64,000 nt of DNA from Candidatus Micrarchaeota archaeon (lineage in GTDB: Archaea > Micrarchaeota > Micrarchaeia > Anstonellales > Anstonellaceae), in NCBI GenBank assembly GCA_026413805.1, contig JAOAKE010000002.1:3599-67598 (forward strand). Reading direction: 5' to 3'. The position numbers were made by a program, and so were the translations under genes. Every line of letters begins with the position of its first letter. Position 1 is the first letter of the stretch. This document shows, piece by piece, positions 49,997-58,513 of the stretch. A model generated the notes under the pieces. The model had not been told where the DNA came from. It did no database searches and saw only the letters and a list, made by a program, of their open reading frames with translations.

Positions 49997-50120
49997 GTGG
50001 GGGTGGCAGAGCCAGGTCAAATGCGCCAGCTTGAGGGGCTGGTGCCTTAGGGCTTCGAGGGTTCAAAAAAAATCCGCCCTTGTCTGGTGCGGGTTTGGAG
50101 AACAAATCCCTTCCCCCACA
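49997..50120 (+). tRNA. tRNA-Leu(GAG) with a ~39-nt non-canonical intron in the T-loop (between positions 56/57)
   Basis: Acceptor GTGGGGG/CCCCCAC, then discriminator A. D-arm GCA-GAGCCAGGTCAAA-TGC. Anticodon arm CCAGC-TTGAGGG-GCTGG. Long variable arm. The T-stem GAGGG-TTC is interrupted by AAAAAAAATCCGCCCTTGTCTGGTGCGGGTTTGGAGAAC before AAAT-CCCTT. Confidence 0.75.
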
Positions 50121-50141
50121 CTTAACCGCTCGGTGTTGTTT

Positions 50142-50495
50142 ATGAGGAAAGCAAAATTCTCTGAGAAAAACTTAAAGATATCCGCGGGCCTTCCGCCAGA
50201 GGCAAGGAAGACGCCATTTTGGAAAAGGGTCCTTGGGCTTCTTTCAGCCCCATCCAGGAAAAAGCCAGGAGTAAACGTAAGCAAGATTGCAAAGTTTGCA
50301 GGAAACGGCCAGCTGGTGGTTGTCCCTGACAAGGTGCTCGGCGCAGGAAGGCTGACCTCAGCAGTCAACGTTGCAGCAGTTTCATTCTCGCAGTCTGCCA
50401 AGTCCATGATAGAAGCCGCAGGCGGAAAGGCAATCTCAATAGTTGAGGCAGCTAAAAAAAGCCCAACTGGCAAGGGCCTAATAATCATAAAATAA
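50142..50495 (+). CDS. rpl18e: ribosomal protein L18e
   Basis: L18e family. Start at the ATG at 50142 (the listed ORF from 49995 overlaps the tRNA). Confidence 0.85.
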   Translation: MRKAKFSEKNLKISAGLPPEARKTPFWKRVLGLLSAPSRKKPGVNVSKIAKFAGNGQLVVVPDKVLGAGRLTSAVNVAAVSFSQSAKSMIEAAGGKAISIVEAAKKSPTGKGLIIIK

Positions 50496-50508
50496 ATTGG
50501 GTGAAGGA

Positions 50509-50925
50509 ATGGTAGTGATTGATGCCAACGGAGCGGTTGTTGGAAGGCTGGGGGCAAGGGTGGCGAAGCTTTTGCTCTCTGGGCAGGAAGTTCAAATAAT
50601 AAACGCTGACAAGGCAATCATGGTGGGCTCCCTTTCTGCTGCTCGCGACAAGTATTTTTCCCGCAGGCAGCAGAAAAACAAGCGCCAGCCTGAAAACTCG
50701 CCCCGCTGGCCTCGTGTCCCACACCTCCTCTTGCGCAGGATAATCAGGGGCATGCTGCCCTGGAAGAGCCAGCGCGGAAGAGAAGCGTATCGGAGGCTGA
50801 AAGTATTTTCAGGTGAAGCCGGCGAAGGCAAGAAGCTCTCCATACCCGAGGCCTCAGGGAGCGGAAAGCACAGGGCATTTACCCTTTCGCAGCTTTGCTT
50901 GGCGCTTGGCGGCAAGCCAAATTAG
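50509..50925 (+). CDS. rpl13: ribosomal protein L13
   Basis: L13 family (VVIDANGAVVGRLGARVAK). Confidence 0.9.
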   Translation: MVVIDANGAVVGRLGARVAKLLLSGQEVQIINADKAIMVGSLSAARDKYFSRRQQKNKRQPENSPRWPRVPHLLLRRIIRGMLPWKSQRGREAYRRLKVFSGEAGEGKKLSIPEASGSGKHRAFTLSQLCLALGGKPN

Positions 50926-50943
50926 AGGAATAAGGTGCATATT

Positions 50944-51381
50944 ATGGCAACTCCAAAAAAGAAGGCAAAACCAAAACAAAAAAAGGAGGCAAATGTATTC
51001 CGCGGAAAAAGAAAAGAGAGCGTGGCCCGTGCCACAATCAAAAAAGGCAAGGGAGTTGTAAGGATAAACAGCGTCCTTCTGCAAGCCATTGACAACAAGT
51101 ATGTGCGCGAGACAATTGCCGAGCCGCTTCATCTCGCCCCAGAAATTGCTTCGCAAGTTGACATATCCGTAAATGTCTATGGCGGAGGGGCGATGGGGCA
51201 GGCGCAGGCAAGCCGCCTGGCAATTGCCAGGGCATTAATTGGCTTTTCAAATGACCCTGCCCTCAAGCAAAAGTTCTTGTCATACGACCGCTCAATGGTC
51301 GCTGAGGACTCAAGGCGCATTGAGCCGAAGAAGTACAAAGGGCCAAAGGCTCGCGCAAGATTCCAAAAGTCATACAGGTAA
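50944..51381 (+). CDS. rps9: ribosomal protein S9
   Basis: S9 family, with the C-terminal ...[11 protein letters not shown]. Confidence 0.9.
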   Translation: MATPKKKAKPKQKKEANVFRGKRKESVARATIKKGKGVVRINSVLLQAIDNKYVRETIAEPLHLAPEIASQVDISVNVYGGGAMGQAQASRLAIARALIGFSNDPALKQKFLSYDRSMVAEDSRRIEPKKYKGPKARARFQKSYR

Positions 51382-51412
51382 ATAGGATATTGGGTTGGCA
51401 AGGGGTGTGCGT

Positions 51413-51610
51413 ATGTTCTTTCCAATAAGATGCTTCACATGCGGGGCAGTGATAGGGCACCAGTGGGAAGAATACCAAAAGCAGGTTAAAGAGGGCAAAA
51501 GCCCTGCAGAGGTGCTGGATTCATTGGAGATTGAGCGTTACTGCTGCCGCAGGATGTTTCTTTCGCACGTAGAAGTGATGGACAAGGTGATGCGCTACAG
51601 GAAATTTTAG
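51413..51610 (+). CDS. rpoN: RNA polymerase subunit N (Rpb10 homolog)
   Basis: Zn-binding motif PIRCFTCG...CCRRM. Confidence 0.85.
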   Translation: MFFPIRCFTCGAVIGHQWEEYQKQVKEGKSPAEVLDSLEIERYCCRRMFLSHVEVMDKVMRYRKF

Positions 51611-51632
51611 GAGGATATTGGCTTGCGGTATT

Positions 51633-51770
51633 GGGGCCATGGGGTAACCTGGCTATCCTTCCGGCTTGGGGTGCCGGCGATCCGAGTGAGGTTGAAGTGG
51701 CCTTCGGGAATTCAACTCTTTGCAAGGTGGCAAGAATCCACCTGCAAAAGGACAAATCTCGGTGGCCCCA
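51633..51770 (+). tRNA. tRNA-Pro(GGG)-like gene with a ~65-nt insertion in the T-arm and no canonical TTC half (intron-containing tRNA or pseudogene)
   Basis: Acceptor GGGGCCA/TGGCCCC plus A, then a T-rich tract. D-arm GGGT-AACCTGGCT-ATCC. Anticodon arm CCGGC-TTGGGGT-GCCGG (GGG, G37). T-stem CCGAG...CTCGG flanks TGAGGTTGAAGTGGCCTTCGGGAATTCAACTCTTTGCAAGGTGGCAAGAATCCACCTGCAAAAGGAC before AAAT. The region between rpoN and rps2 often carries tRNA-Pro in archaea. Confidence 0.4.
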
Positions 51771-51845
51771 TTTTATTTTAACGAAAGGGAAATTTCGAGA
51801 GTGGCGTCAACAAGTGCCTGCGAAATCCCGGACAGAGGTTGTATC

Positions 51846-52604
51846 ATGAGCGAGAGTTTCTTGATAAAGCAGGAGGCATACCTTGAAGCAGGGGTGCATA
51901 TCGGCACAAAGCTCAAAGTAATTGACATGAGCCAATTCATCTACCGAATGCGAAATGACGGCCTGTATATACTTGACCTGCGCAAGATAGATGAGCGGAT
52001 AAGGCTTGCAGGAAAGCTTCTTTCTCAATATGCCCCAAACGAAATCCTCGTTGTTGCCTCGCGCACCTACTCTGGCAATGCCGCTTCGGTTTTTTCCCAG
52101 CAGACAGGCATCAAGATTTTTCAGGGGAGGTTTATCCCAGGCATTTTCACAAACGTCTCACGCTCAGATTTCATGGAGCCCAAGCTGCTTCTAATCTGCG
52201 ACCCAAAAGGCGAGCGGCAGGCCGCCATTGAAGCAGGAAAAATGGGCATCCCCACAATAGGGCTTTGCGACACCGACAACTCAACTTCATTTATAGACTG
52301 GGTAGTGCCCTGCAACAACAAAGGGAGGCGCTCACTTGCCCTTATTTTCTACCTTCTAACCCGCGAGTATCTAATGGGAAGGGGCAGGATTTCTTCATAT
52401 GACGAGTTTAGCGTGCCTCTTTCTGCATTTGAGGCAGAGCCGCAGATGCAGGAAAGCCCTGCGCAGGAAAAAGAGGGAGCTGCCGAAGAAGGCGCCCCTG
52501 CGCAGCAGCCAAGCGTTCCTCAACAGGAAGACCTACCAGATAAAGCAGCAGAACAGGAGGCTGGCACTAAAAAGGAGAAAAAGGGCCGAAAAAAAGAAGA
52601 ATAG
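51846..52604 (+). CDS. rps2: ribosomal protein S2 with acidic/Lys-rich C-terminal extension
   Basis: S2 family (LEAGVHIGTKLKV...). Start at MSESFLIK (the listed ORF extends upstream over the RNA element). Confidence 0.88.
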   Translation: MSESFLIKQEAYLEAGVHIGTKLKVIDMSQFIYRMRNDGLYILDLRKIDERIRLAGKLLSQYAPNEILVVASRTYSGNAASVFSQQTGIKIFQGRFIPGIFTNVSRSDFMEPKLLLICDPKGERQAAIEAGKMGIPTIGLCDTDNSTSFIDWVVPCNNKGRRSLALIFYLLTREYLMGRGRISSYDEFSVPLSAFEAEPQMQESPAQEKEGAAEEGAPAQQPSVPQQEDLPDKAAEQEAGTKKEKKGRKKEE

Positions 52605-52605
52605 T

Positions 52606-53811
52606 CTAATCAGGGAACGCCGCATAGCAGTTCCTTGCGTCATCACTGGCTTGGCTTATAAATTTGCAAATCTCCTTGTCATAAGCCACTATGGCTGCCC
52701 GGTAATAGCACTTGTCTTTCCAAGCAGTGTCCGACACCTTTCCGCAGTCGTCTGCAACAGGCCCTTCTTCTACATGCAGGATGCTGTTTGCATAGCACTC
52801 CGTCCTTTGCGAGCCTGTCTCAAGCCCGTTGCAAAGAGAAGGCATCCTGTTAGCCATTGCAGCAGCGTAGTAGCATCCTGCCTTGAGAAGGCTGATTTTT
52901 ATCTTGGTGCAAACTGAAACATCTGCTGTCTCTTTTGCAAACTCTGAGTAACACCAGTTCCTGTCTGTGCCGCTTCCCACAGCCATCTCGGGTTCTACCT
53001 TTTCGCAGAACCTTTCATCCTTTCTTTCAGCTGCAAAATGCAAGTAACACCTGTTTCGGTAGTCGCTGCCAGCAGTGGCAAGGTCGCAGCCTGATGGGTC
53101 GCCCAGCCTCTTTGAGGCAAGCTCCAAGCAATAGTCTTGCACAGCCGCAAAGCTTGCAAGCTTGCACTCCAAAAAGTCCCTTTTCACCACTGCCCTGCAC
53201 GCATGCCTTTCAGCAGGCGTGCTTATTTTCTCACAGGCACTTGTGTCGCTTTTGTTTTTTGCATATTCATAATAGCACCAGTCGCTTGAGCAATACGAGT
53301 AATCCTCCTTTTCCAATGCGATGCACAAGCCCCTTTTTTCCAAGTCAAGCAAAAGCATGCACTCTGGCAGCACGTTCTTGAGGCAGACCAGCCTTTTGTC
53401 ATAGTCTGCAATGAGGTTGCATATCTCTTCTGACTTTTCCCTTCTTGCATTTTCAGTCAGGCATTCTACCCTTAATTCAGGGTTGCTTATCTTCCTGCAC
53501 ACCTCCAGGCTTTTGTTTGCAAAAAGCGAATAGCACCAGTCAATCTTCTCCACCGAATAGATATTTTTGCACAGTTCAACGTCCCCCCTTTCGCGCGCAA
53601 GGTTGTAGAAGCACTCATCGCGCTGGAGAACGTTGCCTTCTTTGCACGGGGAAAGAGCAGTCTCGTTCTTTTCAGAGCCATTCCTGCTAGCATTTTCTGC
53701 AACCTCTTCCCCCACAATAGGAGCCGGTTTTTTTTCCGTGCAGCCTGCAATAAGGATTAACAGGAAAACTGCTGCTGCCATTGCAAAGGCTAGCCATCGT
53801 GCCGTGCCCAT
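52606..53811 (-). CDS. secreted Cys-rich repeat lipoprotein (putative), ~400 aa
   Basis: Signal plus lipobox-like MGTARWLAFAMAAAVFLLILIAGC. At least 6 copies of a ~35-aa module [DN]xCY..[FY]A....D..C.KI are present. The longer start at 54036 would overlap a tRNA on the other strand. Confidence 0.5.
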   Translation of the reverse strand: MGTARWLAFAMAAAVFLLILIAGCTEKKPAPIVGEEVAENASRNGSEKNETALSPCKEGNVLQRDECFYNLARERGDVELCKNIYSVEKIDWCYSLFANKSLEVCRKISNPELRVECLTENARREKSEEICNLIADYDKRLVCLKNVLPECMLLLDLEKRGLCIALEKEDYSYCSSDWCYYEYAKNKSDTSACEKISTPAERHACRAVVKRDFLECKLASFAAVQDYCLELASKRLGDPSGCDLATAGSDYRNRCYLHFAAERKDERFCEKVEPEMAVGSGTDRNWCYSEFAKETADVSVCTKIKISLLKAGCYYAAAMANRMPSLCNGLETGSQRTECYANSILHVEEGPVADDCGKVSDTAWKDKCYYRAAIVAYDKEICKFISQASDDARNCYAAFPD

Positions 53812-53874
53812 TTTATGCACCACTGCCCTTTCGAATGCAGCATTTTTAATGATATTCGCCAAAACTATCCTTTT

Positions 53875-53995
53875 GCGGAGATGGCAGAGCCTGGTCAAAT
53901 GCGCGAGGCTTAGGACCTCGTGCCTTAGCGGCTGCGGGGGTTCTGGCTTTTTTGGCATAGCCCAAAATTGCCGCCTATAAATCCTCCTCTCCGCA
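53875..53995 (+). tRNA. tRNA-Leu(UAG) with a 35-nt intron in the T-loop (56/57)
   Basis: Acceptor GCGGAGA/TCTCCGC plus A, then a T-tract. D-arm GCA-GAGCCTGGTCAAA-TGC. Anticodon arm CGAGG-CTTAGGA-CCTCG. Long variable arm. GGGGG-TTC, then TGGCTTTTTTGGCATAGCCCAAAATTGCCGCCTAT, then AAAT-CCTCC. Confidence 0.72.
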
Positions 53996-54019
53996 CCTTT
54001 TTTATTAACAAGCTTCGAT

Positions 54020-55090
54020 ATGATGGGCATGCTCATTTTTCAATCATATGCACAAAAGCAAGAAAGCTCCCACGAGGAAGACGAACGCCGCTTCGGAATA
54101 AGGATGCGAAAGCCATTTTATGAAATATCAAGTGTGTTTAGCGAAGAAATCCAGACTGCTCTGCCCGAGATAGAAAAAATATTCCAAAAGAAGGGCCTGT
54201 CCGAGTTTATTTCTACCCTGACGCCTGGCACCCAAAATGCAATATACGCGGCATCATTTGCGTGGGGCTATGAAAATGCGGTGCGCTATGTCAAAAGCGC
54301 CATGAAGCTTGAGGAGGTGAAGAACGCCGCTGATTCTGAGGAGCGAAGCAAGGCAGTGATGGAAAGCATCTGCTCGCAGGCGCAAAGCGAAAAGCCCGCG
54401 GAATACAAGGAAAGCGCCAGCTTTGTTTGGGGCTTCTACAACGAAGACTTGAAAGAAACGCAGGCCCAAAAGGCAAAGACCGAGCGCATTCTAAAAAGCA
54501 GTGAAAAGACGAAGGAAGAAATTGAGCTGCCCTCTAGCTCTCAAGCAGCCGTTTCTCTTTCCATAGAGCACGACTCCACCACCCCCTCCCTCCTATATTG
54601 CGCTTCATCGCTGCAAGCAGAGGAAGAACAAAAGGAGCAGCAGGCAATCGCACAAAAGAGAGAGGAGCTTGCGCGCTTGATTGAAGCCCCGCAGGCCAAA
54701 CTCATCATCCAAGAAGCAAAAAAAGAAGGAAGCGCTGAAAAAGAAGAGGAGATGGAAAAGGCAAGGCAGATAGCCCTCCAAAGAAAAGAAGAGCTAATTG
54801 AAGAGTACCAGCGGACAGAAAAGAAAATAGCAGAGGCCATAAAAGTCCTTGACAAGCTTGAAAGCGACAAAAAAGAAGAGCTGCAGCGAATTGCGTCCAT
54901 GCTCCCCAGGGAGCTGGAAGCAGTTGTGCTGCGCCGCGGCCATCTTCTTGCAAGCCGCAAAGCCCTAAAAGCGCAGCTTGTAAAGTGGCTGGCGTTTTCC
55001 TCTGCAACTCGCTATGCCCTCAAAAACATGCCTCCAGAAAGGCTATTTAAGCTCATCTCCCTTTCCTCTCTTTTCAGGTTTGGAAGGTAG
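54020..55090 (+). CDS. hypothetical coiled-coil protein (356 aa)
   Basis: Long ORF, E/K/A-rich, no motif recognised. Confidence 0.45.
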   Translation: MMGMLIFQSYAQKQESSHEEDERRFGIRMRKPFYEISSVFSEEIQTALPEIEKIFQKKGLSEFISTLTPGTQNAIYAASFAWGYENAVRYVKSAMKLEEVKNAADSEERSKAVMESICSQAQSEKPAEYKESASFVWGFYNEDLKETQAQKAKTERILKSSEKTKEEIELPSSSQAAVSLSIEHDSTTPSLLYCASSLQAEEEQKEQQAIAQKREELARLIEAPQAKLIIQEAKKEGSAEKEEEMEKARQIALQRKEELIEEYQRTEKKIAEAIKVLDKLESDKKEELQRIASMLPRELEAVVLRRGHLLASRKALKAQLVKWLAFSSATRYALKNMPPERLFKLISLSSLFRFGR

Positions 55091-55108
55091 TTAGCTAAAG
55101 GTGTTTTA

Positions 55109-56824
55109 GTGCATGATGGTAGCAGCGCAGTGGTGCAGTTTTCCTTTTTCATAATATTTGCCCTTCTTGGCACCCTCCTTTCAATGAAGCTTCGCCAGCC
55201 ATATGTAGTGGGGCTGCTACTGCTTGGAATGATTGCTGGTCCAAATGCCTTGGGAATAATCTCAGACACAGGGCTTATCGCCACCCTTTCAGACCTTGGG
55301 GCCATCTTGCTCCTTTTCACAGTGGGGATTGAGTTTTCAATAGCCAGGATACTAAAGTCAAGCTTCCGCGCACTATTTATCACAGCGTTCAAAATGTCCC
55401 TTCTTTTCATATTTGGCTACGAAGCCGCTCTTTATTTCGGGCTTGACCTGACCTCTGCGCTATTTGTTGGCGCAATGCTTTCAATCACCAGCACTGCCCT
55501 GCTTTTCAAGATAGTTGAGCAAAAAAACATGCACAAGAACCGCGTCCTGCCCCTCCTCTTCTCCATGCTCATATTTGAAGACATTGCCGCAGTGGCTGCG
55601 CTTACCTTCTTTTCAAGCTTGGGCAGTGGCGCCCCAACTTATGAGGACAAGGTCTATTCCATCTTGGTTTCGCTGGGGTTGCTTGGCGCCTTCTATATAC
55701 TTGTGCGCAAGGCAGCAGCAGACATGATAACTCGGCTCACCTCCACCTTTTCACAGGAGGTCATGATCTTTGTCTCATTTTCCCTCTGCCTTGCACTCTC
55801 AATGGTCTCTTCATTCCTTGGCCTTTCGCCAGCAATAGGGGCTTTCTTGGCAGGCAGCATTGTAGCCTCATTGAAAAATTCCCGCCAGATTGAGCGAGAG
55901 ATAAAGCCCCTCCTTTTGACATTTGCATCGCTTTTCTTCCTCTCCCTTGGAATGCAGATAAGCCCAGCGGTGATACTTGCCAACTTTCCCTTCGCCTTCA
56001 CAATCACAGCGCTATTCGTCCTCATCTGCTTTTCTTCAGTCTATTTCTTCCTTTATACTACTGGGGCAAGCTCACGGACCGCACTTTTCGGAGCCTCGGC
56101 GATGGTGGTGCTTGGAGAGTTCTCACTCCTCATTGCCTCGCTTGCCAGAGGTGAATTTGGCTCTCTTCTAATATCCACAGCCTCTTTTGGAGTAGTGGCC
56201 ACCTCCATCCTCTCTTCTTTCCTTCTTGACAACCAAGAGCGCCTTTTCGGGGTGGGGCAGAGGCTCATGCCAAGGATGTTGCGCCGCTCAGCCCATTCAC
56301 TTTCTTGGTATTTCAGCGGGCTGATGCGCGATTTTTCTCCGACAGGCAGCTTCTGGAAAATCTCCATTGTATGCTGGCAGTGCATCAGAAATGAACTTGG
56401 CAAAATTGCCCTGCTGGGCATCATCCTGGTATTTTTGCGCTTCGCTATCCGAGCAGCAGGGCTTTCTCCTCAGGCTGCTGCCCAGCTCATGGCTGCCCTT
56501 TTTGTTCTTGCAGCCGTCCCATTTCTATTGATACTACGGCGCATAATACAAGAGCTGCACCCAATATTAGATGCCCTTTCAAAGTCAATAGTCCGCCACC
56601 GCAGAACTGCAAAGAGCCGCTCTATAATTTTGCGAGATATGGCTTCTGCCCTCATCCTAATATTAACATCAATCATCCTTCCAGAGGTTATTTCCTTTTT
56701 GAGGCTGCCACCACTATTCCTCTGGGCAGACGAGCTTCTAATCCTCCTTGCCCTCGTATTCCTATGGGACGTCTACCGCCATTCGCGCCAGCTATCGCTG
56801 CCCCCAGCAAAAAGATCAACCTGA
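55109..56824 (+). CDS. monovalent cation:proton antiporter (CPA2 / Kef-type Na+/H+ exchanger family)
   Basis: About 12 TM helices, with typical CPA2 N-terminal segments (GLLLLGMIAGPNALGII...LFTVGIEFS...). Confidence 0.75.
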   Translation: MHDGSSAVVQFSFFIIFALLGTLLSMKLRQPYVVGLLLLGMIAGPNALGIISDTGLIATLSDLGAILLLFTVGIEFSIARILKSSFRALFITAFKMSLLFIFGYEAALYFGLDLTSALFVGAMLSITSTALLFKIVEQKNMHKNRVLPLLFSMLIFEDIAAVAALTFFSSLGSGAPTYEDKVYSILVSLGLLGAFYILVRKAAADMITRLTSTFSQEVMIFVSFSLCLALSMVSSFLGLSPAIGAFLAGSIVASLKNSRQIEREIKPLLLTFASLFFLSLGMQISPAVILANFPFAFTITALFVLICFSSVYFFLYTTGASSRTALFGASAMVVLGEFSLLIASLARGEFGSLLISTASFGVVATSILSSFLLDNQERLFGVGQRLMPRMLRRSAHSLSWYFSGLMRDFSPTGSFWKISIVCWQCIRNELGKIALLGIILVFLRFAIRAAGLSPQAAAQLMAALFVLAAVPFLLILRRIIQELHPILDALSKSIVRHRRTAKSRSIILRDMASALILILTSIILPEVISFLRLPPLFLWADELLILLALVFLWDVYRHSRQLSLPPAKRST

Positions 56825-56841
56825 CTAGGGCATTCTTCTGT

Positions 56842-57714
56842 TCAGAACCCCAAAAGGTAAATTTCACTCCCGTCAGGGAGGAGGATGCTTGAAGGCCATT
56901 TGAACAGCTCTTCTTTTTTTCCATCACTCTTCTTTGCATTCTCAGCAGTGCATTTTTCTTTTTGCATGGCGAATATCTCCATTTTAGAATTCCTAATCGC
57001 AGAGTTAATGTCCCTGATTAAGCCTTCGCAAAAGCTAGCCAGCCTTTCAAGATTTGCCTCTGACAGGCGAGCCATCCTGTCTATGAATAAATAGCCTGTC
57101 TTCTTTTTGCCAGTTGCCACTTCTATATTCCACCTGCTCCAGCGGTAAGTGGAGTATAGCGAATGTGCCAAGAATGCCGATGCCGCCCCAAGCCCTATTG
57201 CAGTGATTGGGGAGGGAAAAGCTGCAAAAAATGCTCCTGCTATCGCCATTGTCCAGAAAGCCGCAGAATCTTTTAGCAAGTATTCTCCTTCTTTTGAAGG
57301 TGGCAGCTCAAGAAAAGTGCCAAAAGCAATCTTGGCATATCTTTCGGCATTTCTTGCAAGCAGCCTTTTTTCGGCATTGCCTCTGATCTCTTCTATCTTT
57401 TGCTCAACGCGACCATTTTTTATAGACATTGCAATCTCTTGCACCAGCCTGAGGGTTTTGGCAGAATACTCCAAGTATCTTATTTTCTCTTCTATTTCCT
57501 CTTTTGTCTTTTCCTTTTCCAAAAGAGGCATTCTACGGCGTATAGCTACATTGTTTTCATCCACTACCCATTCCTTTGTTGCCAGGTTTCTTACTGTCCT
57601 GAGGCATCCCAAAAAAGAGTAGCTCTCAACCCTTCTGAAAAATTTCTCGCGCCTGCCTTCTTTTCCTGCGACAGGGCTTGCGCTGGACTTTGAATCCCTA
57701 AGAAGGAGCTCCAT
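56842..57714 (-). CDS. hypothetical membrane protein (290 aa)
   Basis: ORF with a central hydrophobic segment (FWTMAIAGAFFAAFPSPITAIGLGAASAFLAHSLY). Confidence 0.4.
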   Translation of the reverse strand: MELLLRDSKSSASPVAGKEGRREKFFRRVESYSFLGCLRTVRNLATKEWVVDENNVAIRRRMPLLEKEKTKEEIEEKIRYLEYSAKTLRLVQEIAMSIKNGRVEQKIEEIRGNAEKRLLARNAERYAKIAFGTFLELPPSKEGEYLLKDSAAFWTMAIAGAFFAAFPSPITAIGLGAASAFLAHSLYSTYRWSRWNIEVATGKKKTGYLFIDRMARLSEANLERLASFCEGLIRDINSAIRNSKMEIFAMQKEKCTAENAKKSDGKKEELFKWPSSILLPDGSEIYLLGF

Positions 57715-57867
57715 CCCATCACCCGGGCGTGTGCACTACGCCCATTTATAAAATTCGCCCGGCAAACCTTATACAGCTTTCCCCTCTCTTTTCACGCCAG
57801 TTGCCAGCAGGACACAGAAGCAAACCTTTAAATAATGCTGTTATAATAAGTATAAATAGGTGTATTT

Positions 57868-58500
57868 ATGTCTTGGTTTAAAAAGAACCCCAAGGGGACG
57901 AATGGCGAGGTTTACCAAGCCCTCAGAGAAGGGCTTGATAAGATGAAAAGGCTGCAAATTGAGCGCATTCCTTTAATGGTAGAGGAAGCAGGCCCATCAG
58001 GGGAATCAAAAAAGGCGGTGGGCTGGTCGCCAATAAACAGGCTCAATCTCGGCTATTATCCGTATGCAACTCTGCACGAAATAGAAAAGGAGAAGATAGA
58101 CGAAAATAAGCACTACATAGTGGCATCCCTTTTTTATAGGAAAGGGGTTGGGGGCGAACCAGACATAGAAAGAGTAGAGGTCGTGCACCGGACACGCATC
58201 TTTCCGCTATTTCCAGCTTCCGGCAAGCATTACTATTCTGTCGCTTATCATTACGACGGCGACAGCATAAAAATTTTCGCAGACGACAACCAAAAGATAG
58301 AAGGCTGGAAGGGCGCAGAGGTTGAAGAAGCTATTAACAAAGGCATCCGCGAATATCTTGCAATAACAAAAGAACTGATGGAAAAGGCAGGAGTATTCAA
58401 GGCACTTGAAAAAATCGCAAACCGGGCAGTTTCTCCCTTTGATCAGATTTTGTCCGATATGCGCAATAGCATTGAGAAGGCAAAAAAACACCCCCTATAA
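57868..58500 (+). CDS. hypothetical protein (210 aa)
   Basis: ORF with good coding appearance, no motif recognised. Confidence 0.4.
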   Translation: MSWFKKNPKGTNGEVYQALREGLDKMKRLQIERIPLMVEEAGPSGESKKAVGWSPINRLNLGYYPYATLHEIEKEKIDENKHYIVASLFYRKGVGGEPDIERVEVVHRTRIFPLFPASGKHYYSVAYHYDGDSIKIFADDNQKIEGWKGAEVEEAINKGIREYLAITKELMEKAGVFKALEKIANRAVSPFDQILSDMRNSIEKAKKHPL

Positions 58501-58513
58501 ATATGGTGGTTTT

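Noticed and set aside
49995-50141. N-terminal extension of the L18e ORF (MWGWQSQVKCASLRGW...)
   Set aside because: It overlaps tRNA-Leu(GAG) on the same strand and is not L18e-like. The real start is the ATG at 50142.
29669-52321. Many minus-strand ORFs across the ribosomal-protein cluster (e.g. 30274..30690, 34242..34760, 34936..35586, 36671..37216, 40109..40582, 45434..46390)
   Set aside because: All overlap conserved plus-strand ribosomal, translation-factor or kinase genes. They have no start context or motifs. They are shadow ORFs.
53812-54036. Long-start version of the Cys-rich protein ORF (52606..54036)
   Set aside because: It would run antisense through tRNA-Leu(UAG). The downstream Met at 53811 starts a typical signal peptide/lipobox.
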